Source: Mobula hypostoma
Lineage: Eukaryota
DNA length: 64,000 nt
Direction: 5' to 3'
Assembly: GCF_963921235.1 (NCBI RefSeq)
Contig: NC_086108.1
Location: forward strand, 94,490,001 to 94,554,000
The notes beneath the pieces are model-generated. The model was not told the DNA's origin. It saw only the letters and a program-made list of their open reading frames with translations, and searched no databases. The first letter of the stretch is position 1, and every line of letters starts with the position of its first letter. Of this stretch, positions 62,634 through 64,000 are shown in pieces. The translations under genes were made by a program, and so were the position numbers.

Positions 62634-63237
62634 GTGAACAATTTGTCTGGCACACCTTCCTTACAGATCAATCTGTCACAACAGTACCAGGCAGATCAAT
62701 AACAAAGTGCAGAACAAACTATTACAGTTACAGAGAAAGTGCAGAGTAGATAGGTGCAAGACCATGTGACACAGAGGCTGTTGTGTGGGAGGTGGAGGGG
62801 TAAGGGTGGTGCTCAGATTCGGAGCAGCTCCGGAGGATTACTGGTAAGTCTGTCTTTATTGCCAACTGGGAGTTTGGCAACACCCAGAATCACACTTCAG
62901 TTGATGGAAGCAAGCTGCTGACTGAGGCCTACAATACCACACTGGGCAAATGATTGAGGATTGGTGTTGATGATGGGTGCTTATCTCTCCTAAACCCTTC
63001 CACCAAACCTAGAATATCACTTTAACCACTCCAGTTGGATTGGCACGGTAGTGTAGTAATGAGTGCGTAATACCACAGTAGTAAGCATAACGCTGTTTTT
63101 CACTTTGACACCACCTGTCAAAGTAACTCGCATCACCCAGAATAAAATCAATTAAATAACTGAGCCCAGAACACACACACTCTCACTACTCAAGCATTCT
63201 GATTATTTTACAGTACTTGTGCACAAGGATAGCACCC

Positions 63238-63630
63238 TTCATTCGTAAGGCCAGTGATGTTGTGGGGATGGAACTGGACTCTCTCACGGTGGAAAAGAGG
63301 ATGCTGTCTAAGTTGCATGCCATCTTGGTCAATGTCTCCCATCCACTACATAATGTACTGGGTGGGCACAGGAGTACATTCAGCCAGAGACTCATTCCTC
63401 CGAGATGCAGCACAGAGCGTCATAGGAAGTCATTCCTGCCTGTGGCCATCAAACTTTACAACTCCTCCCTTGGAGGGTCAGACACCCTGAGCCGATAGGC
63501 TGGTCCTGGACTTATTTCATAATTTACTGGCATAAATTACATATTACTATTTAACTATTTATGGTTCTATTACTATTTATTATTTATGGTGCAACTGTAA
63601 CGAAAACCAGTTTCCCCCGGGATCAATAAA
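63238..63630 (+). mobile_element. Rex1/Babar-like 3' fragment, near-identical to about 22146-22544
   Basis: IRKASDVVGMELDSL...RKSFLPVAIKLYNSSLGGSDTLS, with a matching 3' UTR. Confidence 0.88.
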
Positions 63631-64000
63631 CATAGAAACATAGAAAATAGGTGCAGGAGTAGGCCATTCGGCCCTTCGAGCCTGCACCGCCATTTATTAT
63701 GATCATGGCTGATCATCCAACTCAGAACCCCGCCCCAGCCTTCCCTCCATACCCCCTGACCCCTGTAGCCACAAGGGCCATATCTAACTCCCTCTTAAAC
63801 ATAGCCAATGAACTGGCCTCAACAGTTTGCTGTGGCAGAGAATTCCACAGATTCACCACTCTCTGTGTGAAGAAGTTTTTCCTAATCTCGGTCCTAAAAG
63901 GCTTCCCCTCTATCCTCAAACTGTGACCCCTCGTTCTGGACTTCCCCAACATCGGGAACAATCTTCCTGCATCTAGCCTGTCCAATCCCTTTAGGATCTT
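63631..64000 (-). mobile_element. Young CR1 3' end (runs off the window)
   Basis: Reverse complement of about 61030-61400 with only about 3 differences seen. Confidence 0.95.

Noticed and set aside
43000..64000. Coding exons of a neighbouring gene upstream of DR1
   Set aside because: I could not recognise any non-TE exon-like frame, although small exons could be missed by eye.

Overview
This is vertebrate genomic DNA, most likely from a cartilaginous fish (ray or shark), judging by its HE1-like V-SINEs and CR1/HER1-like LINEs. It contains one host protein-coding gene, DR1 (NC2-beta, 178 aa), on the minus strand. The three coding exons are 41815-42037, 18640-18803 and 1005-1154, with introns of about 23.0 and 17.5 kb and a CpG-island promoter near 41.7-42.55 kb. 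Almost everything else is transposon-derived: CR1 LINEs (one full-length, one with an intact young RT frame), an RTE LINE, Rex1/Babar LINE fragments, Penelope remnants, tRNA-derived SINEs, hAT, Harbinger and Tc1-like MITEs, plus a minisatellite and a microsatellite. Most ORFs in the supplied track are TE fragments or antisense shadows. The most notable observations are: (1) an RTE insertion whose structured 5' end is inverted, inside one 9-bp TSD, as expected from twin priming; (2) many Penelope-derived mini-elements carrying minimal hammerhead ribozyme motifs, often as fold-back pairs with TSDs; (3) a chain of overlapping uORFs in the DR1 leader; (4) a minisatellite that arose inside an RT coding motif. 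TE boundaries are approximate unless a TSD is quoted. I found no convincing novel protein-coding system.
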